From: Sulfurimonadaceae bacterium
Lineage (GTDB): Bacteria; Campylobacterota; Campylobacteria; Campylobacterales; Sulfurimonadaceae
DNA: 64,000 bases
Direction of reading: 5' to 3'
NCBI GenBank assembly: GCA_050290965.1
Contig: JBNKJB010000012.1
Coordinates: 2,650-66,649, forward strand
The position numbers and the translations under genes were made by a program. Shown one piece after another: positions 49,301-58,601 of this stretch. Within the stretch, counting starts at the first letter, position 1. Each line of letters opens with the position of its first letter. The notes under the pieces were generated by a model. The model ran no database searches. It saw only the letters and a list, made by a program, of their open reading frames with translations, and was not told the origin of the DNA.

Positions 49301-52185
49301 TGCGGCTCTTGATTCATATACTTCATTACGTTGTTATTATCCTCAGCATCCTTGTTGTGGCCGCATTGCTTTTTGCATACCATCCACGCTCGCTTAAATT
49401 TGTGGCGCAGCAGCTACAAGAGAATGATATTATCGCGTTTACGCGTGTTGAAGGCTCTTTGGCATCGGGAGTCACGTTTTATGATCTTAGTTATGATCAT
49501 GATGCTTTGAGCGCAGCGTATCTTGACGTAGACTACAACATTCTTTCGCTCTTATCGGGCACCTTGCAAATGAATCGCGTTGTTATTAAAAATGCACGCG
49601 TGATGCTTTTAGCGTTTCAAGATGATGCCAATGCCAGCAATGAAGCATTCTCATTGCCTTTTGGTATTCATGTTAAAAGCGCACACATTCAAGACCTGCA
49701 GCTTATCGATACCTTGCGTTATGGTATCAGTGTACTTGCAGATGATGTGAGGATAACTCCCAATATCACCATAAGTGCCAAAACATTGCGAGACGGGCGC
49801 TTTGATCTTAACACATCCACCCCCTTACATGTAGATATTGGCGGTAGCAATATTCGTTTTGATAACGCATTACATGTAAAGGCATTAAAAGCGGATGGAA
49901 CAATAGATCATAATGCCTTACATGTAAGCGGTACAATTGCGAAAAATCGCTTTGAGGGCAGGGGAAATATACGCTATAACCCTAGCTACGTAGAGACACT
50001 AACACCGCATGTTTCATTGCCGCCATCACTAAATCTCAACAAGATATCGGCGGATATGTCACAGGTTTCTATTAGTACTATGGTGCCTGATCTGTTTTTA
50101 CGTAATGATGCCAATCTCTCACTCCAGCACATTGCTGCTACGGCGGAGTATCGTTATGTGGATTCTAATGTAACACTGAAGCTGCATCATTTGTTGGAAA
50201 CATCAGATATTGGCATTGATATATTGCATAATATTAACATAGGTTTTGATGCCGCAGTTGCAGACACACTCCATGCAACACTACAGCATCCTACAAGGCC
50301 GCTGCCTCTTAAAGATTTTGATGCCGATGTACTCTATAAAGAGGGCGCTTTTGGCGCTATGGTGCGTTCGCAAGGCCATCATCTGGATCTTAATAGCAGC
50401 GACTTAAACCGTATCCACTTTGATCTTGGAATTGATGATCTGAACCTTTCGGAGTTTGCAACACTTCCTGAAATTCTCTCCTCTTCAAGGCTAGATGCCA
50501 CGGCCAAAGGATACTACGACATCAACAGCAGTTTGTTGATGGGAACGCTCTATGCCAATGCCAAACACTCCAGTTTTGATGGGAATGTGTCGTATATTCA
50601 AGAGCATCTGGTTACGATGGGACATATTAGTACAGATGGTAATTCGCGCTTTTGGCAATCTTTGCCCTTGCGAAACATTGGCGGCGTCGATCTGGTTGCC
50701 GATATTGCCCCAACACATAAGATGCTTTATATTAACTCCGAAGAGTTCCATACCACACTCTTTCAAAAAGAGCATAAAATTGAAGGATGGGGGGCTTTGG
50801 CAACCACGGCATTTGATCTTAGCGGTAGCGTTGATGATGGCAATACCACGCTGCAACTTCATAGCAGCATCGGATCACTCTACACCCTTGCTGAAAGTTT
50901 GGTTGATCTTAATCTTAGTGAGAATCAAGTTTTTGACATGGGTGTTGAACTTAATAGCACCATTGCTATTGATGAGGGTATTCGTATTGATGTTGATATG
51001 CTGCTGCCGTGGTATTTGGCTAAAGTTGATGCTGAGAGCTATCACTACGGTACCAATGCCCAACTTGGATTGCGTTATAGCAATGGCGCGTATACTTTGG
51101 AGCATTATGACGTTGATTATGAGGGGTATAAACTTTTTGCCCATCGCCCCTCCTTGATTACGTATGATAATGATGCCCTACGGCTTCACCCTTTGTGGCT
51201 CAATGATGAGATAGCAATCAAAGGGGCATACACCTTTAAAGAGAAAACACTTTTGCTTAATGCAGATAGTGATGCTTTTCATTATAAAGGTGATGAAGGC
51301 GAGATTGAAGCGGCGTTACATGTAAGGTTAAACTATGATGCCAATGTCACCCAAATTGATGGTGATATTGAGATAAAAAAAGCATTAATCACTTATGAAG
51401 CACCTTCGGATAAAGTGGTTAAGGATGATGATATTATCGTGATTCAAGATGTTAAAGCACCGCTAAGTTCTCCGCTTGAGATCAGCGTACGCGTCCATGC
51501 TACACAACCTTTGCACTATAAAATTAAAAGCGTTGATCTTACCTTTGTTCCCGATATCACTATTTGGAAAGAGCGCGAACATAATCTGGAGCTTTTAGGA
51601 TGGATTTATGCCGATAAAGGGTGGATTTATAACGGCAGCAGCGAATTTGCACTCCAACATAGCGAAATCTATTTTAGCGGAGGCTCAACAATAGATCCGC
51701 TTTTAAATTTGCATCTGCTTTATACTATTGATAACAAATTTATTGACATCTACGCCACGCATACCCTGCATTCACCGGTATTTTTGTTTACCTCATCGCC
51801 TGCTATGAGCCAAAGCGATATTATGAGCTATATTCTCTTTGGCACACCGGCATCATCGAGTTTTGAGAGTAATGAAGGCGGTTCAACCAGTATTAATGCG
51901 GCCAATATTGTATTTGGTACCGGACTTAAAGAGATGATTGGCGATACCACAGGCTTGCGGGTGGATACTTTGAATCTGATTAGTAAAGCAGATGGCGGCG
52001 TGGGATTTGAAGTGGGAACACGCATCAACCGCGATTTGCGTGTGGTGCTGAAAAATGATGATATTTTTACGCTGGTGCTGCAGCTTTCGCTTAACAGCAA
52101 TTTGCGTGTAGATGTTGATGTCAAAGAAACCGGACAAGGTGTGAATCTGATCTATGTTCAAGAGTTTAAAGATTGGTTACAATAA
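49297..52185 (+). CDS. tamB: TamB-like translocation and assembly module protein (DUF490 C-terminus)
   Basis: N-terminal TM anchor, 962 aa of beta-rich sequence, and a C-terminal DUF490-like SQSDIMSYILFGTPAS. 4-nt overlap with the tamA-like gene. Confidence 0.7.
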   Translation: MMRLLIHILHYVVIILSILVVAALLFAYHPRSLKFVAQQLQENDIIAFTRVEGSLASGVTFYDLSYDHDALSAAYLDVDYNILSLLSGTLQMNRVVIKNARVMLLAFQDDANASNEAFSLPFGIHVKSAHIQDLQLIDTLRYGISVLADDVRITPNITISAKTLRDGRFDLNTSTPLHVDIGGSNIRFDNALHVKALKADGTIDHNALHVSGTIAKNRFEGRGNIRYNPSYVETLTPHVSLPPSLNLNKISADMSQVSISTMVPDLFLRNDANLSLQHIAATAEYRYVDSNVTLKLHHLLETSDIGIDILHNINIGFDAAVADTLHATLQHPTRPLPLKDFDADVLYKEGAFGAMVRSQGHHLDLNSSDLNRIHFDLGIDDLNLSEFATLPEILSSSRLDATAKGYYDINSSLLMGTLYANAKHSSFDGNVSYIQEHLVTMGHISTDGNSRFWQSLPLRNIGGVDLVADIAPTHKMLYINSEEFHTTLFQKEHKIEGWGALATTAFDLSGSVDDGNTTLQLHSSIGSLYTLAESLVDLNLSENQVFDMGVELNSTIAIDEGIRIDVDMLLPWYLAKVDAESYHYGTNAQLGLRYSNGAYTLEHYDVDYEGYKLFAHRPSLITYDNDALRLHPLWLNDEIAIKGAYTFKEKTLLLNADSDAFHYKGDEGEIEAALHVRLNYDANVTQIDGDIEIKKALITYEAPSDKVVKDDDIIVIQDVKAPLSSPLEISVRVHATQPLHYKIKSVDLTFVPDITIWKEREHNLELLGWIYADKGWIYNGSSEFALQHSEIYFSGGSTIDPLLNLHLLYTIDNKFIDIYATHTLHSPVFLFTSSPAMSQSDIMSYILFGTPASSSFESNEGGSTSINAANIVFGTGLKEMIGDTTGLRVDTLNLISKADGGVGFEVGTRINRDLRVVLKNDDIFTLVLQLSLNSNLRVDVDVKETGQGVNLIYVQEFKDWLQ

Positions 52186-52811
52186 CAGATATGAATAATA
52201 TGCCTGAGAAAATATGTTACATGAGTGCTTGCAAAGAGTGCGGTGTTGTTGTTGAATATGACAAACGCGATGTGACACACAACTATTATTGTCCTCGATG
52301 CGGTTATCTTATATACGGCCCGGGTGAGAGCTTTGCTTATGTTATTATTATGGCACTCACAGCACTGGTAGTATTTTTACCTACACTCTATTTTCCGATT
52401 CTAACCTTGGATATGGCCGGACGCGTGCAATCTACCACCATCATAAGCGCCGTGAGCGAATTTTACAAAGAAGGCGGCCTTTTTATCAGTGTTGTGGTAG
52501 CGTTTACCGGCATTGGCATTCCGGTGATGATGTTACTCTCTCTTTTGTGGCTGCTGATACCGCTGCATTTGGATAAACGACCGCTTTTTTTACGTCCGGT
52601 TTATAGTATTTATAGCACTATGAAACATTGGGGGATGGCGGAGGTGTATATGCTTAGTATCTTAGTATCAAGCATCAAGTTACAAAATATGGGTGATCTA
52701 AGTATTGATGTCGGTTTTTTTATTTTTGTTTTTTTTCTGATCTGTTTTTATATTACGATTGTCTGGTTTAATCCTGATGACATATGGCACAACAATGTGT
52801 TACACCACTGA
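52173..52811 (+). CDS. PqiA/LetA-family membrane protein, first half-size unit
   Basis: Zinc-ribbon CKECG..CPRCG followed by TM helices, which is one PqiA repeat. Confidence 0.75.
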   Translation: MVTITDMNNMPEKICYMSACKECGVVVEYDKRDVTHNYYCPRCGYLIYGPGESFAYVIIMALTALVVFLPTLYFPILTLDMAGRVQSTTIISAVSEFYKEGGLFISVVVAFTGIGIPVMMLLSLLWLLIPLHLDKRPLFLRPVYSIYSTMKHWGMAEVYMLSILVSSIKLQNMGDLSIDVGFFIFVFFLICFYITIVWFNPDDIWHNNVLHH

Positions 52812-53403
52812 TATTCAAGCAGGCAAACAGCTCTGCCTTAAATGCGAACTATTGCAAGACCTTGATGTTGTGCACTGTGCGCAATGCGGAAATGTACTGC
52901 ATCAGCGTAAAGCCAACTCGTTGCTGTTAACACTCAATTATACTGTTGCTGCTATTTTATTTTTACTGCCTGCCAATCTGCTTCCGATGATGATTATTAC
53001 CAACATGGGTGTGGATGAAGGAAACACTATTATGCAAGGTATTATCTGGTTTGTTTTGTATGGAGAGACTAGTATCGGTATTATTATTTTTTTAGCCAGT
53101 ATCGTAGTGCCGATTTTCAAAATTATGGTCATTATTGTACTACTGGCCATTACTTATTTTAAATGGACGCGTTTGGCAAAGATGGGACTGAAGCTTTATC
53201 GAGTTATTACCTTTATAGGAAAATGGTCTTTTTTGGATGTTTTTGTGGTGGGAATTATGATTGCGATGGTGCAGTTTCAAAATCTGGCAACCGTTCATGC
53301 CGGAGGCGCTGCGTTTGCATTTGCAATGGCTGTTATTTTGACCATGCTTGCTACGGAGTCTTTTGATCCAAGATTGATGTTTGATACCAAGGAAAATGAA
53401 TGA
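52795..53403 (+). CDS. PqiA/LetA-family membrane protein, second half-size unit
   Basis: Zinc-ribbon CLKCE..CAQCG followed by TM helices. The first ATG is at 52795, a 17-nt overlap with the preceding ORF. The track start at 52759 is TTG. Confidence 0.75.
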   Translation: MCYTTDIQAGKQLCLKCELLQDLDVVHCAQCGNVLHQRKANSLLLTLNYTVAAILFLLPANLLPMMIITNMGVDEGNTIMQGIIWFVLYGETSIGIIIFLASIVVPIFKIMVIIVLLAITYFKWTRLAKMGLKLYRVITFIGKWSFLDVFVVGIMIAMVQFQNLATVHAGGAAFAFAMAVILTMLATESFDPRLMFDTKENE

Positions 53404-56057
53404 ATACACCGCTCAAAAAACCGCGATCAACGGCACTTATTGTATGGACCATCCCTCTATTGGCACTGCTTATGGCCGGCTGGATGCTTTATAAATTTTA
53501 TGCGGATCGCGGTGGTGAAATTGTCGTCTCGTTTAATGATGGCAGTGGATTATTAGAGCGTAAAACATTGCTCAAATACAAGGGAATCGTCGTTGGAAAC
53601 GTCAAAAAGATAGAACTCCACCCCTCAGACATTTCACGGGTTAACGTTACCTTTAATGTTTCAAAAAATGCTATAGCCGCAATAGCGCGCAAAGGCAACA
53701 CGTTTTGGAAGGTTAAACCGCGTATTACGCTCACTGAAATATCAGGTTTGGAAACCATTGTTGGCGGCGTGTATGTCGAAGCGTATCCTGCAGAAAAATC
53801 GATTGAAGCACTAATGAAGCTTCCTGCAAAATATAAATTTGAAGCCTCCGATCACAAACCAGAAGACCGTCTGCAACCCGGATTAAAGCTTTTTTTGGAA
53901 GATGAAAGCGGTTCTTTTGGCGTTGATACCCCCATTATGTACAAAAAATTTATTGTCGGTCACGTCATTGAGCGAGAGCTTGAGAGAGATAAAGTGCGCT
54001 ACACGGTGCATATTGATAGCGCCTACAAAGATCTTGTTAAACAAGCAAGCCATTTTTGGGGTATTGAGAGTATTAATGTCAAAGCGGGGCTCTCTGGCAT
54101 TAAAGTCAAAGTAGACTCACTAGCCACTTTGGTAGCAGGAGGTATCACTTTTGATTCTCCCGCTACGTCACCTTCGGTTGCTGCAAGTATTGATGAAAAT
54201 AAAACCTTTCAGCTTTATAGTACAAAAGAAGATATTGACTATGATCCGCACCACTTAATCTTGCGTACCAAGAGCTCCTTTTCGCTTGAAGCGGGGCTGA
54301 GCGCTATTTATTATAAGGGTGTTGAAGCGGGCAAAATTGAGAGCGTCACGTATATTCCTGAAACCGATACAAGCGAATATCGCATTTTGCTTAAAAAAAG
54401 TTTTGCAAGCGTCATTAAAAACGGCGTTTACTTCTGGGCTGTTGAACCCCAGGTTTCACTGCAAGGAGTCTCAGGGTTAGATGCCATTACCAAAGGCTCT
54501 TATATCGCTTTTGAGGGGAGTGATGAAGGCCAACAGGAGTCTTATGATCTGCATACCATTCCTCCGCAGCGTGAGGGTAAAAAGATAACACTGCATGCGT
54601 CAAACATTTCAGGGCTTAAATCGGGTGCACCGGTTTTTTACAAAAGCTTTGAGGCGGGAATGATTAGCAAAGTAGCTCTTGATAGTGATAACAAAAACGT
54701 ACGTATTGATACCGTAATTGATCCAAAATATGCATCACTAATTAATACAACAACGCTTTTTTATAAACACAGTGCCATCGAAGCGGAGATTACATTTTCA
54801 AAAGTATCGCTGCATGCCGGCACACTTCCTGAGATCATCCAAGGAGGTATCAGTTTTGAAACGCTTGATGACAAGGCTGCACAAGGACGCAATGTTTTTA
54901 CACTTCTTGATGACAATAAAGCTTTAGAGAAAGAAAAATATTATCGCTCTGGAGGCAAACAGCTTACACTCTATGCAAAAAGTGCTCGTAATATTGGTGC
55001 AGGAACACCATTGCTTTATCATCAGTTTAAAGCGGGTGAGGTGATGAATGTGGCGTATGAAAGCATTAATGATCGTATTCGCATTGATCTGTATGTTGAT
55101 AAACGCTTTGCCAAAAAAGTACGTGCGTCAAGCCGTTTTTACAAACTCAGCGGTGCGGAACTTAACGTTGCTTTTCCAAAGATTGAACTAAAACTAGAAT
55201 CATTACAATCACTGTTTGAAACTGCTATTGCTTTTGATACGCCTGATGAAAGCACAAATGAGAATAAAAAATCCTATCTTCTTTATGAAGATCATGCCAC
55301 AGCATTTGATAATGCATACCGTGCACAGCTTTACCTTGATGAGACGTTTGGTCTTGTGGAGGGGAGTGCGATTCACCATAAAGGCATCACTATTGGCACC
55401 ATTGAAAAAATTGATCTTGAGAACAATCAGGTTGTAGCCTTAATGAAAATAGAGCAAGCCTATAAAAAGCTGATGACTGCCGATGCAAGCATCTCCCTTG
55501 AATCATTCAAAATGGGGCTTTCAGGCATTAAAAATCCTGAGGCACTTGTTAATGGTTCTTCTTTACATGTAAGCCCGGGAGTTGCGCTGCAATCAGGCAA
55601 AGCGTATCATCTTCAAAATATTTTGACGCATCAAAATCAATTGCGTCAAGGCTTGCGCGTTGTTGTTTCAGCAGACAGACGCAGTTCATTAGCTATGGGA
55701 TCGCCACTTTTTTACCGACAGGTTCAAATTGGTGATATTGAAGAGGTGCGCCTAAGCGACAATGCTACCCAGGTAGAATTTTTGCTTTATATCCAGCCTT
55801 GCTATGCGCATCTAATTCGTAGCAATTCGCATTTTTATAATGCTACGGCTTTAGGAATGGAGTTAAGCTTAAGTGGTCTTAAAATTGAAACAGAGACACT
55901 TGAAACAATGATATCAGGCGGCATTGCTGTGGTAACACCTGATGATTATGGTAATGTGGCAAATGAGATGCAGGTATTCAAGCTTTTTGATAAACCTCAA
56001 AAAGCGTGGTTAACGTGGTTTCCAAAATTGAAAAGTACGAATCCCATGTGTCAGTAG
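53400..56057 (+). CDS. Multi-MCE-domain intermembrane transport protein (LetB/YebT-like, PqiB family)
   Basis: N-terminal TM helix plus seven recognisable MCE repeats: LKYKGIVVGNV, IMYKKFIVGHV, AIYYKGVEAGKI, PVFYKSFEAGMI, PLLYHQFKAGEV, AIHHKGITIGTI and PLFYRQVQIGDI. 885 aa. Confidence 0.8.
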   Translation: MNTPLKKPRSTALIVWTIPLLALLMAGWMLYKFYADRGGEIVVSFNDGSGLLERKTLLKYKGIVVGNVKKIELHPSDISRVNVTFNVSKNAIAAIARKGNTFWKVKPRITLTEISGLETIVGGVYVEAYPAEKSIEALMKLPAKYKFEASDHKPEDRLQPGLKLFLEDESGSFGVDTPIMYKKFIVGHVIERELERDKVRYTVHIDSAYKDLVKQASHFWGIESINVKAGLSGIKVKVDSLATLVAGGITFDSPATSPSVAASIDENKTFQLYSTKEDIDYDPHHLILRTKSSFSLEAGLSAIYYKGVEAGKIESVTYIPETDTSEYRILLKKSFASVIKNGVYFWAVEPQVSLQGVSGLDAITKGSYIAFEGSDEGQQESYDLHTIPPQREGKKITLHASNISGLKSGAPVFYKSFEAGMISKVALDSDNKNVRIDTVIDPKYASLINTTTLFYKHSAIEAEITFSKVSLHAGTLPEIIQGGISFETLDDKAAQGRNVFTLLDDNKALEKEKYYRSGGKQLTLYAKSARNIGAGTPLLYHQFKAGEVMNVAYESINDRIRIDLYVDKRFAKKVRASSRFYKLSGAELNVAFPKIELKLESLQSLFETAIAFDTPDESTNENKKSYLLYEDHATAFDNAYRAQLYLDETFGLVEGSAIHHKGITIGTIEKIDLENNQVVALMKIEQAYKKLMTADASISLESFKMGLSGIKNPEALVNGSSLHVSPGVALQSGKAYHLQNILTHQNQLRQGLRVVVSADRRSSLAMGSPLFYRQVQIGDIEEVRLSDNATQVEFLLYIQPCYAHLIRSNSHFYNATALGMELSLSGLKIETETLETMISGGIAVVTPDDYGNVANEMQVFKLFDKPQKAWLTWFPKLKSTNPMCQ

Positions 56058-56920
56058 CCGCGTAAAAAATAACCTACTTTATAGCGTATCAGCGTTTTTT
56101 GCTTTGGCCTTGGATAGCGGCTATACGCATATTCAATGGTCTCTTTTGTCGTATCGTCAAGAATATAAAAACCGCTGCGCTGAATAAATTTGATATCAGA
56201 AATATCACCATTGGGATAAAGGTAAAACTCAACGATGTTATACTCATTCACACGTAAGTTATTGGGCAGATTGACGCTTCCAACCCGGGTTAAAACTTCT
56301 TGCGTAATGCGACGCATCACTTCTTGATTATCAAGCAGATATTTCTGTTCGCCTTCACTCAGTTTGCCAAAAACATCTCCATAAGCCTCTTTGAGGTTTT
56401 GAGCAATACGGCTTTCACGTCGTGTGGATGTTTTTTCCTTATCGGTATTCTCATCCGTTTTGACCTCTTTAGAAAGAAAATTGTAAAGCCGGTTATGCTC
56501 TTTTGGCGTGCTTTGATTTAGCTCTTCATCATTTTTTGCTTGCAGCGGTATATAAGGTTTTAAAGAGGGTATCGGTTCTGTTTTTGGCTGAGGTTTCGGC
56601 TTGGGCTGAGGTTTTGGTGGATTAATGGGTTTAGGAGTTGTTGGCTCTTTTGAAGGCGTAACAAAAGATTGTTTTACCAGTTCATTAAGCTGCTTGCCTT
56701 TGGGCATTGGTGGCGCAATCTTGGGATTTTTAACGCTATTTTTCTCAAAAGACTCTTTGAGTGCTTTAGGATTCTCTTTGAGCGATACTTTGATGCGATG
56801 CGGTTCACTCTCTTTAGGTTTTTCCAAAGTGGCAATATGCGATCCAAAAAGCAAAAATAGCAAAATGAGCAACATATGAAAGAGCAGGGCAATGATAAAA
56901 GCAGCTTGTGAACGACTCAT
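56051..56920 (-). CDS. tonB: TonB-family energy transducer
   Basis: N-terminal TM helix, Pro/Lys-rich spacer PKPINPPKPQPKPKPQPK, and a C-terminal TonB domain. The start is taken at MSRSQAAF (56920), preceded by AAAGGA. Confidence 0.8.
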   Translation of the reverse strand: MSRSQAAFIIALLFHMLLILLFLLFGSHIATLEKPKESEPHRIKVSLKENPKALKESFEKNSVKNPKIAPPMPKGKQLNELVKQSFVTPSKEPTTPKPINPPKPQPKPKPQPKTEPIPSLKPYIPLQAKNDEELNQSTPKEHNRLYNFLSKEVKTDENTDKEKTSTRRESRIAQNLKEAYGDVFGKLSEGEQKYLLDNQEVMRRITQEVLTRVGSVNLPNNLRVNEYNIVEFYLYPNGDISDIKFIQRSGFYILDDTTKETIEYAYSRYPRPKQKTLIRYKVGYFLRGY

Positions 56921-56928
56921 GATATCCT

Positions 56929-56938
56929 TTACATGTAA
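56929..56938. repeat. TTACATGTAA palindrome abutting the tonB RBS
   Basis: The minus strand reads TTACATGTAAAGGATATCATG. Confidence 0.95.
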
Positions 56939-56971
56939 TCGGATTATACCCAATGGCAATTAATACGCTTT

Positions 56972-56980
56972 TGTTATAAT
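56972..56980 (+). promoter_or_regulatory. Candidate extended -10 promoter (TGTTATAAT) for hemL
   Basis: Lies 28 nt upstream of the ATG at 57008. Confidence 0.35.
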
Positions 56981-57007
56981 GGCATAAAAATTTCAGGACA
57001 CGGACAT

Positions 57008-58297
57008 ATGAGTACTCAAACATCGTCTCAAGCTTTTGAAGAAGCACAACAACTTATTCCTGGAGGTGTCAACTCTCCGGTCAGGGCTTTTAAAAGTGTT
57101 GGTTCCACACCGCTTTTTATTCAAGAAGGCAGAGGCGGAAAGCTTATAGATATTGACGGGAATGAGTATGTTGATTATGTGCAAAGCTGGGGGCCGCTGC
57201 TTTTTGGTCATCGAGACGAAAGTATTGAAGCTGCCGTTATAGATGCCATCAAGCATGGGCTTAGTTTTGGCGCGCCAACGCTTTTAGAAACAGAATTGGC
57301 CAAAGAGGTGGTTTCTATTTTCAATTCAGTAGATAAAGTGCGTTTTGTAAGCAGCGGTACAGAAGCGGTGATGAGTGCGATTCGTTTGGCACGCGGCCAT
57401 ACGGGACGTGATGATATTGTCAAGTTCGAAGGCTGCTACCACGGTCACAGCGATTCACTACTAGTTCAAGCGGGTTCGGGTGCAGCCACTTTTGGCAATC
57501 CTAGCTCTCCCGGGGTTCCTGCCGATTTTACCAAACATACACTCTTGGCTAAATACAACAATATTGAAAGTGTCAAAAAATGTTTTGAACAAAGTGACAA
57601 TATTGCTTGTGTTATTATTGAACCCATTGCTGGCAATATGGGGTTGGTTCCTGCAGATAAAGAGTTTTTAGCCGCACTTCGTGCCTTATGTGACCAGCAT
57701 GGAAGCTTACTGATTTTTGATGAAGTAATGAGCGGTTTTCGCGCATCGCTTTATGGAGCTGAGAGCATTACAGGGACAACACCTGATCTTATTACACTAG
57801 GCAAAGTGATTGGCGGCGGTATGCCTGTTGGTGCCTTTGGAGGTAAACGCGAAATTATGAACAAACTCTCTCCCGAGGGACCTGTGTATCAAGCAGGAAC
57901 CTTAAGCGGTAATCCTGTTGCAATGGCAGCAGGCCTTGCGGCACTGCGTAAACTCAAAGCCAATGCATCCGTTTTGAAAACACTAGAAGCACGCGCAAAT
58001 CGTTTGGTTGAGGGAATGAAAGATGCCGCTCAAAAACATGGCATTACACTGCAAGTTGATGTGCGCGGTTCTATGTTTGGATTCTTTTTTAATGAGCATC
58101 CCGTTAAAAACTTTGATGATGCTGCCGCCAGCAATTTAGAACTTTTTGCAGCGTTTCATCGTGAAATGATTCATGAGGGCTTTTATTTTGCCTGCTCACA
58201 ATTTGAAACCGGATTTATCTCAACCATGACCACTGATGATATGATCGAAGCAACCATTGAAGCAAGCGAACGAGTTTTTGGACGCATTCATGGCTGA
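57008..58297 (+). CDS. hemL: Glutamate-1-semialdehyde 2,1-aminomutase
   Basis: [10 protein letters not shown] and the PLP-lysine region LGKVIGGG. Length is 429 aa. Confidence 0.95.
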   Translation: MSTQTSSQAFEEAQQLIPGGVNSPVRAFKSVGSTPLFIQEGRGGKLIDIDGNEYVDYVQSWGPLLFGHRDESIEAAVIDAIKHGLSFGAPTLLETELAKEVVSIFNSVDKVRFVSSGTEAVMSAIRLARGHTGRDDIVKFEGCYHGHSDSLLVQAGSGAATFGNPSSPGVPADFTKHTLLAKYNNIESVKKCFEQSDNIACVIIEPIAGNMGLVPADKEFLAALRALCDQHGSLLIFDEVMSGFRASLYGAESITGTTPDLITLGKVIGGGMPVGAFGGKREIMNKLSPEGPVYQAGTLSGNPVAMAAGLAALRKLKANASVLKTLEARANRLVEGMKDAAQKHGITLQVDVRGSMFGFFFNEHPVKNFDDAAASNLELFAAFHREMIHEGFYFACSQFETGFISTMTTDDMIEATIEASERVFGRIHG

Positions 58298-58601
58298 GGA
58301 ACATGATAAAGCGCCACGCTTTAAGCCTTTAATCGAAGGTGCCGAGAGCCTCTCTCTTGGAATCTCTATGGTTGTTGCCGTTTTGATTGGTGTAGGGTTA
58401 GGGTTGGGATTGCGTCACCTCACCGGTATAGGATGGTTATTATGGGTTGGCGTTTTTATTGGTATTGCTGCTGCGGTTTTAAATGTTTATAAAGCATACT
58501 CCAAACAGTACAAAGAGTTTGAAGAGCTTGCTAAAAATCCGCGCTATAACCATCAAAAATATCTTGATGACGAAGAAGATGATGAGGACACAAAGTATTA
58601 G
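58290..58601 (+). CDS. AtpZ/AtpI-like small membrane protein
   Basis: Two TM helices ([21 protein letters not shown] and [19 protein letters not shown]). The start is taken at the ATG that overlaps the hemL stop (ATGGCTGA). Confidence 0.5.
   Translation: MAEEHDKAPRFKPLIEGAESLSLGISMVVAVLIGVGLGLGLRHLTGIGWLLWVGVFIGIAAAVLNVYKAYSKQYKEFEELAKNPRYNHQKYLDDEEDDEDTKY

Noticed and set aside
52759-52811. The split PqiA/LetA, considered as a frameshifted pseudogene.
   Set aside because: Both halves are complete units, each with its own zinc ribbon, TM helices and a usable ATG. The overlap looks like translational coupling. I flag the split as an architectural variant, but I cannot exclude a sequencing frameshift without the reads.
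56580-56640. Repetitive GGYTT/GGCTGAGG DNA encoding the PKPQPKPKPQPK tract.
   Set aside because: It is the normal Pro/Lys-rich periplasmic spacer of TonB proteins.
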